Shown here piece after piece: positions 1-10,069 of a stretch of DNA of 64,000 nt. The DNA is from an uncultured delta proteobacterium (GTDB lineage: Bacteria > Myxococcota > Myxococcia > SLRQ01). The position numbers were made by a program, and so were the translations under genes. A model generated the notes under the pieces. The model worked only from the letters and a program-made list of their open reading frames with translations, made no database searches and was not told where the DNA came from. The stretch covers positions 64,001 to 128,000 of the forward strand of contig CAVSGM010000009.1 in NCBI GenBank assembly GCA_963727485.1, in the 5' to 3' direction. Position 1 is the first letter of the stretch; the number at the start of each line of letters is the position of its first letter.

Positions 1-287
1 TCGACCGCGAGCACGGAATCGGGGGACGGCTCGGATCGCAGACGGCGCTCCGCGGACCGCCAGCCGTCCCGGAGCCGGTTGCGGGCCACCGTGAGCAGCC
101 AGCCATCCGGGTTGGACGGAACGCCCTGGTCGGGCCAGGTGCGCAGGGCCCGCTCCAGGGCGTCGGCGAGGGCGTCCTCGGCGGAGGCCACGTCACCCGC
201 GCCGGCCAGGAGGGCCAGGAGCCGGCCGTAGCTTCGCCTGGCCGCCCCGGCCGCGGCGGACCGTGCGGAGTGCCCGATTGGGCTCAT
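1..287 (-). CDS. ECF RNA polymerase sigma factor, N-terminal part (ECF42/DUF6596-like); runs off the window edge
   Basis: Manual translation from ATG at 287, which overlaps the YCII stop (ATGA): MSPIGHSARSAAAGAARRSYGRLLALLAGAGDVASAEDALADALERALRTWPDQGVPSNPDGWLLTVARNRLRD, a sigma region 2 pattern. Not in the ORF track because it is truncated. Confidence 0.85.
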   Translation of the reverse strand, partial: MSPIGHSARSAAAGAARRSYGRLLALLAGAGDVASAEDALADALERALRTWPDQGVPSNPDGWLLTVARNRLRDGWRSAERRLRSEPSPDSVLAV

Positions 288-655
288 TGGGTCCAGGCGC
301 CGTCCACGAACGAGGTCGACGCCGCGCGCACCTCCACCACGCCATAGCTGGCCCCGGGGCACTTCTCGGCCCAGCCAATGGCGGCGTCGACGTCGGGGAC
401 CTCAATGACGAAGACCCCGGCCAGGGCCTCCCTGGTCTCGGCGAAGGGCCCGTCCTGGACCTGGAGCGCGCCCTGGCGACGCGTCACCGTGGTCGTCTCG
501 GCGGCGGGCCGGAGGACCTCGGCGGCCACCAGCACGCCGGCCTCCTCGAGGGCCCGGCCGTAGAGGCCGAAGGCCTCCATCATCTGATCGATGACCTCCT
601 GGGAGACCTCCCCTTCGGCCGGCTCGTGGTTGTGCAGCAGCAGCGCGTATCGCAT
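284..655 (-). CDS. YciI/DGPF family protein
   Basis: MRYALLLH...DGPFAETREALAGVFVIEVPDVDAAIGWAEKCP...VEVR; GGAGG SD upstream; the usual partner gene of ECF42-type sigma factors. Confidence 0.9.
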   Translation of the reverse strand: MRYALLLHNHEPAEGEVSQEVIDQMMEAFGLYGRALEEAGVLVAAEVLRPAAETTTVTRRQGALQVQDGPFAETREALAGVFVIEVPDVDAAIGWAEKCPGASYGVVEVRAASTSFVDGAWTQ

Positions 656-794
656 GGTTGCCTCCTGGGCTCGAGTATGGCCCCGGTGCGGGGCCGTCGC
701 TCCCATGACGATCGAGGGGACCGCGACTCGTCACCGGCTCGCCAACGCCATGGTTGCGACGGCGCCACCGCCGGCGAGACCACGCGGCCCACTC

Positions 795-2928
795 TCAGGG
801 CGCCATCGGCTCGAGCCCGCCGGTCTGCACCTGGGCCTGCTGCTTGTGGTCCCCGGGCGTCCGCAGCTTCCCCTCGACCCGCACCCGCGTGAACGTGCAC
901 ACCGCGTCCACGCACCCGATGCCCGCGCGCCCGGCGAAGAACTTGGGCAGCCGGCCCACGTCGGCGCTGCCGATCTCCTTGCCGTCCACCGAGGCGTGGA
1001 TCGTCTTGCCCTCGATCCACAGGGCCAGGTGGAGGTCCGAGCCGAGCTTCGGCGGCGGGAGGTCCGAGCCGCCGGAGAACGTCCCGTAGTGGTGCCCGTC
1101 GCCGAGGTTCCACACCACGTTGTAGCCGCCATCGTCGCCGGCGGTGGCCACCACGGTGAAGAACTGGCGCTTGTTCCGGTAGAGGTAGAGCTTGGCCGCG
1201 GGCGGGGTGTCCACCGCGCGGATGGAGAGCTGCTTGACCAGCTCGTCGGTGCGCTGGGCGGAGATGTTGGCGTCGCCTGGGGGCTGGTCGGCGATGTGCA
1301 CCGAGGCCTCGATCCGGAACCCGTCGGCGCGGAAGTTCTTGGCGGCGAGGAACGCCCGCGGGGTGCGCGCCGCCTGGGCCAGGCCCTTGCCGTCCTCGAA
1401 CACGTCGTAGACCAGGGCGCCGGGGTCGTGCTCCCAGTCGCCCCGGAAGGCGTACCAGTCGATGGTGCCGGCGACGTCGTGGACGAAGTCCATGTCGTAG
1501 ATGGTCTTGCCGTCGCCGGTCTCTTCGAGGGCGAGCGGCACGGTGACGATGCCGTCGTCCTCTTTGGGGGGCGTCTGGTCCGGCGCACCCGCGGCGGCGG
1601 CGGGCTGGCCCTCGATGCGGCTCGCCAGGAGGCTCCGGACCTGCTGGCGCCCCGAGTGGCCGAGGATGAACCAGCTGCCCGCGGCGAGGACCACGATGCC
1701 CCAGAGCGCCATCATCCCAAAGGTGCGCAGGCGGCTGCGGACGTGCTCGACCACGCTGGAGTTGTGCGAGACGGTGGTCCCGGGGACCGTGCCCGAGACG
1801 CCCGCCTGGGCCGTGGGCGCGGCGGCGGCCAGGGCCCCGGGGCTGTCCGGCGAGGTGCCGAGGGCCGGGGCCATGGGCGTGCTGGTGAGCGCCGAGGTGG
1901 CGATGAGGGCCTCGAGGTCGTCGCCCACCGCCGAGGCGCGCTGGTAGCGCTGGTCCCGGTCGCTCTCCAGGGCCTTGAGGACGATTCTCGTCGAGGCGGG
2001 TGTCGAGCCCCTGGAGCCGCTCGCTGGGGAGGCGGAAGTGGCCCATGGGCACCTCGCCGGTGAGCAGCTCGTAGAGCATCACGCCGAGGCTGTAGAGGTC
2101 GGCCCGGGCATCCACGTCCCGGGCGCTCTTGCGCTGCTCCGGGGCCATGTAATGGAAGGTGCCCATGGCCATGTCGGTCTTGGTGAGGTGCTGGTCCGGC
2201 GACACGCCGACCATGCCCGCCAGCCCGAAGTCGGCGACCTTCACGTGCCCCGAGGCGTCCACCAGGATGTTCTCGGGCTTGAGGTCCCGGTGGATGATGC
2301 CCTTGCCGTGGGCGAAGTCGATGGCCCGGCACACCTGGACGATGATCTTCACCGCCGACTGGGGGTCCATGGCGCCGCCGGCGATGAGCTCCCGGAGGCT
2401 CCGGCCGTCGACGTACTCCATGACGAAGTACCAGGTCCCCTCCACGTGCCCCCGGTCGATGATGCTCACGATGTTGGGGTGCGAGAGGTTGGCCAGCGCC
2501 GAGGCCTCCTTCTCGAAGCGGGCGACGAAGTCCTCGCTCTTGGCGAGGTGCCGCGCCAGGACCTTCACCGCCACCTCGCGGCCCAGCGAGAGCTGGCGCG
2601 CCAGGTACACCTCGCCCATGCCCCCGCGGCCAAGCGTGCGCAGGACCTCGTAGCCCGGGAGGTCGAGGCCCTGGCTGATGGCGGTGGCGTCGGTGGCGAA
2701 CTCGGCGTCGGCGGCGGACTCCGGGACCGGGAGCGGCTGGGCGGCGGCGCTCCCGGCGGCGGACGGTGGCGCGGTGTGCACCGGCGCCTCGCTCCCGGGC
2801 GTCCCCGAGACGTCGTCGCGCTCCACCGGGAACCGGATGCCGCACCGGGAGCACCGGACCTTCTGGCCGCTGACGAAGATCGAGACGTCGTGCTCGGTCT
2901 GGCAGCTGGGGCAGCGCTGCTTGGCCAT
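795..2928 (-). CDS. Membrane Ser/Thr protein kinase with N-terminal zinc ribbon and extracytoplasmic beta-sandwich domain (about 710 aa, one apparent +1 insertion at about 1985)
   Basis: CPSC..CSRC, LGRGGMGEVY, VAVK, HRDLKPENIL, DFG, GTFHYMAPE. Removing one base of GATTC at 1983-1987 restores LDEIVLKALESDRDQRY and joins ORF 795..1928, which carries a TM helix (MMALWGIVVLAAGSWFIL). Confidence 0.88.
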
Positions 2929-4637
2929 CAGTCGGTCTCCCCGTGGACCCGGTGGATGGGCACCGGGCGGGCCTTGCCCTTGACCTGCTTCTCCGGGAGG
3001 GCCTCGAGGACGAAGCCGTCGCCGAGCGCCGCGGCGGTGTCCTCGGAGACGATGACCTCGCCCCCGGCGGCGACGTCGCACAGGCGGCTGGCGAGGTTCA
3101 CCGCGTCGCCGATGACCGTGTACTCCAGGCGCCGGCTGGAGCCCATGTTCCCCACCACGCACTCGCCGGTGTTCACCCCGATGCCCACGGCGATGGGGGA
3201 CCGGCCGGCGGCGACCCGGCGGGCGTTGAACTCGGCGGTGCGCCGCTGCATCTCCAGGGCCGCCTGGGTGGCCCGGGCGGCGTCGCCCTCGCCGGCCACC
3301 GGCACCCCCCACAGCGCCATCACCGCGTCGCCGATGAACTTGTCGAGGACCCCCCGGTAGTCGAAGACCACCTCGACCATCTCCTCGAAGTACTCGTTGA
3401 GCATCGAGACCACCTCCTCGGCGGGCAGGGTCTCCGAGAGGCTCGTGAACCCCCGGATGTCCGCGAAGAGGATGGTGGCCCGGACGCTGCTCCCACCCTT
3501 CTTGAGGTCGAGCTCGCCGGCGGCCGCCTGCTGCACCAGGGCCGGGGAGAGGAAGCGCTCGAGCTGGCCCCGGGTCTTCTCCTCGTGGCGGATCTGCTCG
3601 AGGAGCTCGGCGTTGTGGAGGCTCGCGGCGGCCTGGGAGGCGACGGCGCCGAGGATGTCGAGGTCCTTGGGGGTGAAGGCCGAGGTGCGGCTCTGGGAGT
3701 CGAGGTAGACGATGGCCCGGACGTCTTCGCGCACGATGACCGGCACCGCCAGCACCGAACGCACCCCCCGGGCCACGATGGACTCGCTGCCGGAGAAGCG
3801 GTCGTCGGTGACCGCGTCGTTGGAGAGCACGCCCTCGCCGGTGCGCGCCACCTGCTCCACCAGGGTCCGGGAGACGTTGATCTCCGCCTCGCCGGTGAGC
3901 GACTCGGCGAGCGCCACGTCGAAGGCGCCGTCGTCACCGGGGACCAGGATCACCCCGTTGTCCGCGGGCAGCCACTGGAGCGCCAGGCGGAGGATGAGCT
4001 GGAGCAACGACTCCCGGTCGACGACCGGGCCGACCTCCTGGTGGAAGCGGAAGGCGATGCGCAGGCGCTCGTAGTCCTTCTTGAGGAGCTCGGCGTCGGT
4101 GATCTCGCCGGCCGGGAGGAAGACCGCGCTCTCCTCGGTGGGGGTCGGCTTCACGCTGGCGAGGACCTGGGTCACCGAGGGCGCCTGGACCACCGTGAGG
4201 CTCCGGCGCTGCTCGGGAGCGTCCTGGGTGCGAAAGACCAGGCGCGAGGCGCCGACGCGGATCTCGTCGCCGTCCCGGAGCTTGAGCTCGTCGACCCGGC
4301 GGCCGTTGACGAAGGTGCCGTTGGAGGAGCCCAGGTCCCGGAGCATCCAGGCGCCCTGCTCGAAGCGCACCGCCGCGTGGTGCTTGGAGACCTCCCGGTC
4401 GGCGACCACCACCTGGTTGTCGTAGTGCCGGCCGAGGCCCGCGCGCTCTTTCACCGGGAACTCCGCCGAGAGGCCGTCGGGGGAGTAGAGGACCAGGGTG
4501 GCCGGGGGCGCCACGGGGACGGGGGTGCCGGTCATGTCGGCGACGACGCCGGCGAGATCGGCGCCGCAGGCCGGGCAGGCATCCGGCAGCCTCGGTCCCA
4601 GGATGGGGGTACGACAGGAAGGGCAGGATGCGCGCAT
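2928..4637 (-). CDS. Class III adenylate cyclase with zinc ribbon, FHA and GAF domains
   Basis: CPSC..CPAC; FHA motifs GR/VSKHHA/SSNGTFVNG; GAF (SVLAVP..IVYLDS..FTPKDL); cyclase motifs LFADIRGFT, DKFIGDAVMA, EYTVIGDAVNLASRL. The stop overlaps the kinase start (TGATG). Confidence 0.92.
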   Translation of the reverse strand: MRASCPSCRTPILGPRLPDACPACGADLAGVVADMTGTPVPVAPPATLVLYSPDGLSAEFPVKERAGLGRHYDNQVVVADREVSKHHAAVRFEQGAWMLRDLGSSNGTFVNGRRVDELKLRDGDEIRVGASRLVFRTQDAPEQRRSLTVVQAPSVTQVLASVKPTPTEESAVFLPAGEITDAELLKKDYERLRIAFRFHQEVGPVVDRESLLQLILRLALQWLPADNGVILVPGDDGAFDVALAESLTGEAEINVSRTLVEQVARTGEGVLSNDAVTDDRFSGSESIVARGVRSVLAVPVIVREDVRAIVYLDSQSRTSAFTPKDLDILGAVASQAAASLHNAELLEQIRHEEKTRGQLERFLSPALVQQAAAGELDLKKGGSSVRATILFADIRGFTSLSETLPAEEVVSMLNEYFEEMVEVVFDYRGVLDKFIGDAVMALWGVPVAGEGDAARATQAALEMQRRTAEFNARRVAAGRSPIAVGIGVNTGECVVGNMGSSRRLEYTVIGDAVNLASRLCDVAAGGEVIVSEDTAAALGDGFVLEALPEKQVKGKARPVPIHRVHGETD

Positions 4638-4832
4638 TGCTTTCCCGGCAGAAGTCGGCCGCGTCCGGACGGCAACGGTACCACGCGCCCGGCCCGCCCT
4701 CAAGACGGCGTCCACGGGAATCCGCCAACGGTTCCGGGGACTTGGGCGCGGCAGCCCCCCCTGCCCCGCCGGAACCCCGCGCGGTGGCGCTTGCTGCGTC
4801 GCGCCGGGCCGCATACAAGGCACGGGCCCACC

Positions 4833-6419
4833 ATGCGCATCAAGGAGAAGCCAGAGGACTTCGTGGTCCGGGAGGCCTACCGCTTCGAGAAGACGAAGCG
4901 CGGGGAGTACTTCGTCTACCTGATGGACAAGCAGAAGCTGTCCACCTTCGACGCGGTGGGGCGCATCGCCAAGGCCCACAAGCTGCGGCCCTCGGAGGTG
5001 AGCTTCTGCGGCCTCAAGGACAAGCAGGGGCGCACCGAGCAGATCGTCGCGGTCCACGGCCTGCGCATCGACGTGCAGGAGCCGGACCTGCGCCTCAAGT
5101 TCCTCGGGCGCACCGACGCGCCGCTCTCGGCGAAGAACCTCACGGCGAACCGCTTCGTGGTCACCGTCCGCGACCTCACCGTCGAGGAGGCCGAGCGGGT
5201 GCCCGCGTCGGTGCGCGAGGTCCGCGAGCTGGGGGTGGTGAACTACTTCGACTCCCAGCGCTTCGGATCGGTGAAGCACGGCCAGGGCTTCCTCGCCAAG
5301 GACCTCGCCTTCGGGCGGGTGGAGCACGCGCTCCACGGGCACATGGCCCAGCCCTCGCCCCTGGACCGGAGCGAGGACGCCAAGGTGAAGGCGTTCTGGA
5401 AGCACAACTGGGGCAAGTGGACCGCCCGCTGCCCCTACGCCGGGGTGGCGCGGTACCGCCCGGTGCTCTACCGGCTCAAGGAGCGCCCCGGCGACTGGGC
5501 CTACGCCTTCCAGGCCATCGACAAGCGCCGCCGGGCGATGATGGTCTTCGAGTACCAGAGCTACATCTGGAACGAGGCGGTGCGCCGGTACCTCCTCGGG
5601 CGCCTCGGCGGCGACGGGCACCTGGCGCTCCGGTACCAGGCGGGCCGGCAGGTCTTCCCCCGCCGGGTGCGCGAGCCCGAGCGGTTGAAGGCCCTGCAGC
5701 AGATGGGTTTCCCCCTGGTGGCGCCCGACTCCAAGTTCGACGACCCGGAGGTCGAGAAGGCGGTCCTCGACACCCTCAAGCGCGAGCACGTCACCCTGGC
5801 GCAGCTCGGCCTCCCGGCGATCCCCGACATGGGCTTCAAGCACGAGCTCCGGCCGCTGATGGTGATGCCCGGGAAGCTCTCGGTGGTCGACCCGCGCCCC
5901 GACGAGCGCAACCGCGGCCGGCTCAAGGTGACCCTGGCCTTCACCCTGCCGCCGGGGGCCTACGCGACCCTGGTGGTGCGGCGCACGCTCTGGTTCGCCC
6001 TGCGCGACGTCCTCGACCCGGGCGGGCCCATCCCCGAGCCCGAGCCCGGCTTCGTCCCCGAGGCGCTGGTCCACGACCTGCAGCAGATGGCCAACCGCGC
6101 CATGCGCAGCCGCCGCCGGCCCCCGCGGCCGAGCCACGGGATCGAGGTCGAGACCCTGGCGGCCAGGCGGGTGCGTGCCGGCGCCAAGGCCAAGGCGGAG
6201 GGCCCCGGCAAGCAGGCGCCTCGCCCGGGAAAGCCTGCGGCCGCCGACGCCAAGGCGCCCCGGGCCCGGCCCCCGCGTGGCGGGCCCCGGAAGAACCCGG
6301 GGACCAAGCGGCCCGGGGACGGGACGCCCGCCGGCAAGCGTCCTGCGGGCAAGGGCCCGGGCACCAAGCACCCCGGCGGCAAGCGCCCCGGGGGCAAGCC
6401 CAAGGGCCCCAAGAAGTAG
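4833..6419 (+). CDS. truD: tRNA pseudouridine(13) synthase TruD with a basic low-complexity C-terminal tail
   Basis: MRIKEKPEDFVVRE, GLKDKQGRTEQ (catalytic Asp), NRFVVTVR, NYFDSQRFG, FTLPPGAYAT. Confidence 0.92.
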   Translation: MRIKEKPEDFVVREAYRFEKTKRGEYFVYLMDKQKLSTFDAVGRIAKAHKLRPSEVSFCGLKDKQGRTEQIVAVHGLRIDVQEPDLRLKFLGRTDAPLSAKNLTANRFVVTVRDLTVEEAERVPASVREVRELGVVNYFDSQRFGSVKHGQGFLAKDLAFGRVEHALHGHMAQPSPLDRSEDAKVKAFWKHNWGKWTARCPYAGVARYRPVLYRLKERPGDWAYAFQAIDKRRRAMMVFEYQSYIWNEAVRRYLLGRLGGDGHLALRYQAGRQVFPRRVREPERLKALQQMGFPLVAPDSKFDDPEVEKAVLDTLKREHVTLAQLGLPAIPDMGFKHELRPLMVMPGKLSVVDPRPDERNRGRLKVTLAFTLPPGAYATLVVRRTLWFALRDVLDPGGPIPEPEPGFVPEALVHDLQQMANRAMRSRRRPPRPSHGIEVETLAARRVRAGAKAKAEGPGKQAPRPGKPAAADAKAPRARPPRGGPRKNPGTKRPGDGTPAGKRPAGKGPGTKHPGGKRPGGKPKGPKK

Positions 6420-6517
6420 GCGCGGGCGGCCCCAGCCGGCTACGCGCGACGGTCCCGCCTGGCCTCTCGGGTCAGGGTCGTTGTGAAAGCGTGCGGCCGT
6501 CCGGTAGCGTGACGACC

Positions 6518-8308
6518 ATGTCCGAGCTTCGCCCCCGTCTCGCCCACGCCCTCGTCGCGGTGATCCTGCCCCTCGCCCTCGCCGCCTGCGGCAGCCCGCA
6601 TGGCACCGGCGGCGGCGACGGAGGCGCGCCCCCCGACGGCGGCGGCGGCCAGGCGACCGACGGCGGGACGTACGACGGCGGCACGACCGACGGGGGGACC
6701 GCGAGCGACGTGCCGGTGCTGCCCACCGGCCCCTTCGTCTCGCCCCTCGGCATCCCCAAGCCCGCCTTCGGGATCGACGAGCCCTCGCCTGCGGCCCCGA
6801 GCGGTTGGCCCGACACCGCGGTGCCGGACCACTACTACGTCGACATGTCGAGCGCGAAGGCGACCGACACCGACAACCCCTACGGCACCCCGGCGCTCCC
6901 CCGGGCCACCTTCCCGCCGGCGCACACCTTCCCCGCGGGGACGGTGATCGAGCTCCACGGCGGCGTCTACGACAGCCTGTCGTGGCTGGTGTGCAACGGC
7001 ACCAAGGCCAAGCCCTGCTTCATCCGCGGGGCCTCCCGGAGCGACCGGCCCGTGGTCTCGGCGACCCTCCAGCTGCGCGACAGCACCTACACCATCGTCG
7101 AGAACATCGACTTCAAGGGCGGGACCGGGAGCGCGGTGAGCGTCTGGGGCCACTCGGCCTACGTCGCCGCCCGCTACAACCTGGTGCGCGACAAGACCTG
7201 GGTGAGCAACTCGGCGGGCTTCGGCACCTCGCCCCAGCCCGGCGACCACCTGCACGACATCGTGTTCTACCGCAACGCCGTCTCCAACCTCGGCGACTGG
7301 ACGGTCACCGCCACCGACCCCGACTTCCACGGGTTCACCCCCGGGACCTGGGGTCGCGACGCCTCCTCGGGCACCGAGGCCGACCACATCTGGGTGCTCC
7401 AGAACACCTGCTACCACCTCAGCGGCAACTGCGTGCAGGTCAACGCCGGCAACGGCGCCGGGGCCTACGCCATCCTCCACCACGTCTACGTGGGCGGGAA
7501 CATCTCCGGCCCCAACCGCCAGGCGGGCTTCTGGTGCAAGCAGGCCACCGACGTCATCTTCTCCCAGAACGTCGCCTACGGCGGGCGCATCCACGGGAGC
7601 CAGCCCGGTGGCGGCGGGGGCTACCAGTACAACCCCGACTACGTCTGGTTCATCTTCAACGACTTCTACGACAACACCTTCGGCGTCCGGCAGTCGGACA
7701 CCTCGGGCGGCGACCCGAGCCACACCGCGTTCATCGTCGGCAACTACCTCCACGACAACGACGTCAGCTCCGACCAGATGCACTGGGGGAGCCCCACGGG
7801 CTGGGGCATCACGCTGTGGCAGGGCAACCAGACCCGCTACGTCGTCGACAACACCATCGTGAACACCCGGGGCGGCATCGAGCTCATCTTCGCGGGCCCG
7901 ACCACCGTCGCCGGCAACGTCATCGCCACCAGCTACCCCGACACGCCGATCTTCCGCGTCCAGGAGTCGGCCACCGCGGCGGTGACCACCGTCGGCGCCA
8001 ACCTCTTCTACGCGGGCGCACAGACCCCGATCTACACCTGGGGCAGCACCACCCCGATCCAGGGGCTCTCCGCGTTTCAGACCGCGAGCGGCCAGTGCAG
8101 CGGGTGCATCGAGGCCGACCCGAAGTTCACCGACGCCGCCGGGGGCGACCTCTCACTGGCCGCGGACAGCCCGGGCCGGGACACCTCGGCGCGCAGCCAG
8201 GTCTACGCGATCTTCGAGCAGCGCTACGGGATCTCCATCGACGTGGACCACGACGGGAACCCCAGGCCCGCCGGCGGCGGGTGGGACTTCGGCGCCTACG
8301 AGCGGTGA
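6518..8308 (+). CDS. Lipoprotein with right-handed parallel beta-helix repeats (pectin-lyase-like) and a choice-of-anchor-Q-like C-terminus
   Basis: Lipobox LAAC, DGG linker, repeated Asn-ladder strands (IVENIDF, FSQNVAY, IVGNYLHDN, VVDNTIVN), ending DHDGNPRPAGGGWDFGAYE. Confidence 0.75.
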   Translation: MSELRPRLAHALVAVILPLALAACGSPHGTGGGDGGAPPDGGGGQATDGGTYDGGTTDGGTASDVPVLPTGPFVSPLGIPKPAFGIDEPSPAAPSGWPDTAVPDHYYVDMSSAKATDTDNPYGTPALPRATFPPAHTFPAGTVIELHGGVYDSLSWLVCNGTKAKPCFIRGASRSDRPVVSATLQLRDSTYTIVENIDFKGGTGSAVSVWGHSAYVAARYNLVRDKTWVSNSAGFGTSPQPGDHLHDIVFYRNAVSNLGDWTVTATDPDFHGFTPGTWGRDASSGTEADHIWVLQNTCYHLSGNCVQVNAGNGAGAYAILHHVYVGGNISGPNRQAGFWCKQATDVIFSQNVAYGGRIHGSQPGGGGGYQYNPDYVWFIFNDFYDNTFGVRQSDTSGGDPSHTAFIVGNYLHDNDVSSDQMHWGSPTGWGITLWQGNQTRYVVDNTIVNTRGGIELIFAGPTTVAGNVIATSYPDTPIFRVQESATAAVTTVGANLFYAGAQTPIYTWGSTTPIQGLSAFQTASGQCSGCIEADPKFTDAAGGDLSLAADSPGRDTSARSQVYAIFEQRYGISIDVDHDGNPRPAGGGWDFGAYER

Positions 8309-9225
8309 CGCCGGCTCCGCGCCGCCATCCACTCCGCCACGTACCGCCACACCGGCCGCGAGCGCTCGCCCGTGACCAGGCCCATGTGGTCCGGGTCCCA
8401 CGAGAGCCCCAGGTCACCCTTCCCCACCCGGCGCGCCTCGAGCTCGGCGCCGGTCGCCAGGCGCGCCCAGTTCAGCGCCCCCACCGGGTGGGCCATGAGC
8501 TTGTCCCCGGCGCCCACCAGCGAGAGCACCGGCCCCCTGACCCGCGCCATCCCCGCCGTGTAGTCCACGCCGTCCCGCGAGGCCCAGCGCTCGCGCAGCC
8601 AGAACCCGCAGGTGTCCTCGATGTACGCCTTCGCCTCATCCGCCGGACCGATGCCAAGGCGCTTGCTGGGGAACCGCCCGGCCACCCGCGTCGCCGCCAG
8701 GAGCCCGAAGATCGCCGCGGTCTTCTTGACGCGCATGCGCGGCGAGGGCTCCAGCGAATGGAGCCAGATGTTCGACGAGAGGAGCACGTGCCCGTCGGCC
8801 GCCGGCAGCCCGGTCCCCGCCCCGGCGAGCGACACGTGGCCCCCCAGCGAGTGGCCGACGCTCCACACGAAGTCGTCCGGACGCCGGGCGCGCACCGCGC
8901 CGAGCAGCGCGGGGACGTCGTAGCGGACCAGGTCGTCGTAGGTCCACGACCCGCCCTGCTCCGGCGTCGGCCCCGAGGCCCCGTGGCCGCGCCAGTCGGC
9001 GAGCCACACCTCGAAGCCCGCGGCGCGCAGGGCCGTGGCGAAGCCGGCGCCGTCCGGGCGCTCCATCGACCGCCGGTCCACCATCATCGCCGGGAGGAGC
9101 AGCGCCGAGGCGCGCCGGGGCCCGAGCGCCGGCAGCCGGAGCACCGAGAGCCGCCATCCGTCGGCGGCCACGACTTCCACCGCCTCGGGCTCGACCCCAG
9201 GGGGCATGTCGGCTACCGCCATCAT
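8296..9225 (-). CDS. Alpha/beta-fold hydrolase
   Basis: DWRGHGAS, GHSLGG nucleophile elbow, GAGDKL, DHMGLV. Start uncertain (9225, 9222 or 9207). Confidence 0.85.
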   Translation of the reverse strand: MMAVADMPPGVEPEAVEVVAADGWRLSVLRLPALGPRRASALLLPAMMVDRRSMERPDGAGFATALRAAGFEVWLADWRGHGASGPTPEQGGSWTYDDLVRYDVPALLGAVRARRPDDFVWSVGHSLGGHVSLAGAGTGLPAADGHVLLSSNIWLHSLEPSPRMRVKKTAAIFGLLAATRVAGRFPSKRLGIGPADEAKAYIEDTCGFWLRERWASRDGVDYTAGMARVRGPVLSLVGAGDKLMAHPVGALNWARLATGAELEARRVGKGDLGLSWDPDHMGLVTGERSRPVWRYVAEWMAARSRRHRS

Positions 9226-9264
9226 CGCCCTTTCCGCCGGCGCCGGCTGCGATATAACCCGCTC

Positions 9265-9759
9265 ATGGCGACTACCTTCTCCATCGAGCACACTTGGCCC
9301 GTCGACCGCAGCGTGGTCATCGAGCACCTCTTCGACGACGCCCTCGGCGACAAGACCAACGAGGCGATCAAGTCCGCCGACCGGCGGCGCCTCTCCGTCG
9401 AGGAGCGCGACGGCAAGACGGTGCAGCGCTTCGAGGTCAAGGTCAAGGAGGTCCCCGCCGCGGCGCGGAAGGTCTTCAAGGCCCTGGAGTGGGTCGAGGA
9501 GTCCACCTACGACCCCAAGACCGAGCGCTTCGCCTGGCGCATCCTGCCCACGGTGATGAAGGACAAGATCACCTGCGACGGCGAGCTCTGGTACGACGCC
9601 GCCGGCGAGGGGAAGACGCGCCGGGTGGTCACCGGCCGGGTCCAGATCAAGGTGCCGCTGGTGGGCGGGACCATCGAGAAGATCATCGTCGACCAGCTCA
9701 AGCGCAGCTACGAGGACGCCTCCAAGGCCGAGAGCGCCTACTTCCAGGCCCAGTCCTAG
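9265..9759 (+). CDS. DUF2505-like (START/SRPBCC-fold) protein
   Basis: 164 aa ending GRVQIKVPLVGGTIEKIIVDQL; strong GC3 codon bias. Confidence 0.75.
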   Translation: MATTFSIEHTWPVDRSVVIEHLFDDALGDKTNEAIKSADRRRLSVEERDGKTVQRFEVKVKEVPAAARKVFKALEWVEESTYDPKTERFAWRILPTVMKDKITCDGELWYDAAGEGKTRRVVTGRVQIKVPLVGGTIEKIIVDQLKRSYEDASKAESAYFQAQS

Positions 9760-9780
9760 CGCGCCGGGCCAGGCGCGCGG

Positions 9781-10056
9781 CTACGAGAGCCGCTCGTCGA
9801 GGTACTGCCGGACCTTCCCCTCGATCATCCCCTTCATGGGCCGGAGCATCAGGCTTAGGGATATCTCCACGTCCACCACCTCGTCGGTGACGGCGATGAA
9901 CCCGTTGGCGCCCTTGCGCTCGAAGCGCAGGACGTCGCCGTCCCAGTGGGCCTTCGCCTGGAGCCGCTCCTTGAGCTTCTCGGCGACCTGCTCGGCGACC
10001 TCCCGGGCCTTCTCCTTCCCGAGGGCGTGACTGCGCTTCACCTGGATGTCGGCCAT
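9781..10056 (-). CDS. Polyhydroxyalkanoic acid system family small protein
   Basis: MADIQVKRSHALGKEKAR...WDGDVLRFERKGANG...LSLMLRPMKGMIEGKVRQYLD, the characteristic pattern of this 90-aa family. Confidence 0.85.
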   Translation of the reverse strand: MADIQVKRSHALGKEKAREVAEQVAEKLKERLQAKAHWDGDVLRFERKGANGFIAVTDEVVDVEISLSLMLRPMKGMIEGKVRQYLDERLS

Positions 10057-10069
10057 GGGCGTCAGTATA
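10057..10069 (-). promoter_or_regulatory. Probable -10 box (TATACT) for a leaderless transcript
   Basis: TATACT at 10069-10064, then 7 nt, then ATG 10056; no SD sequence. Confidence 0.5.
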
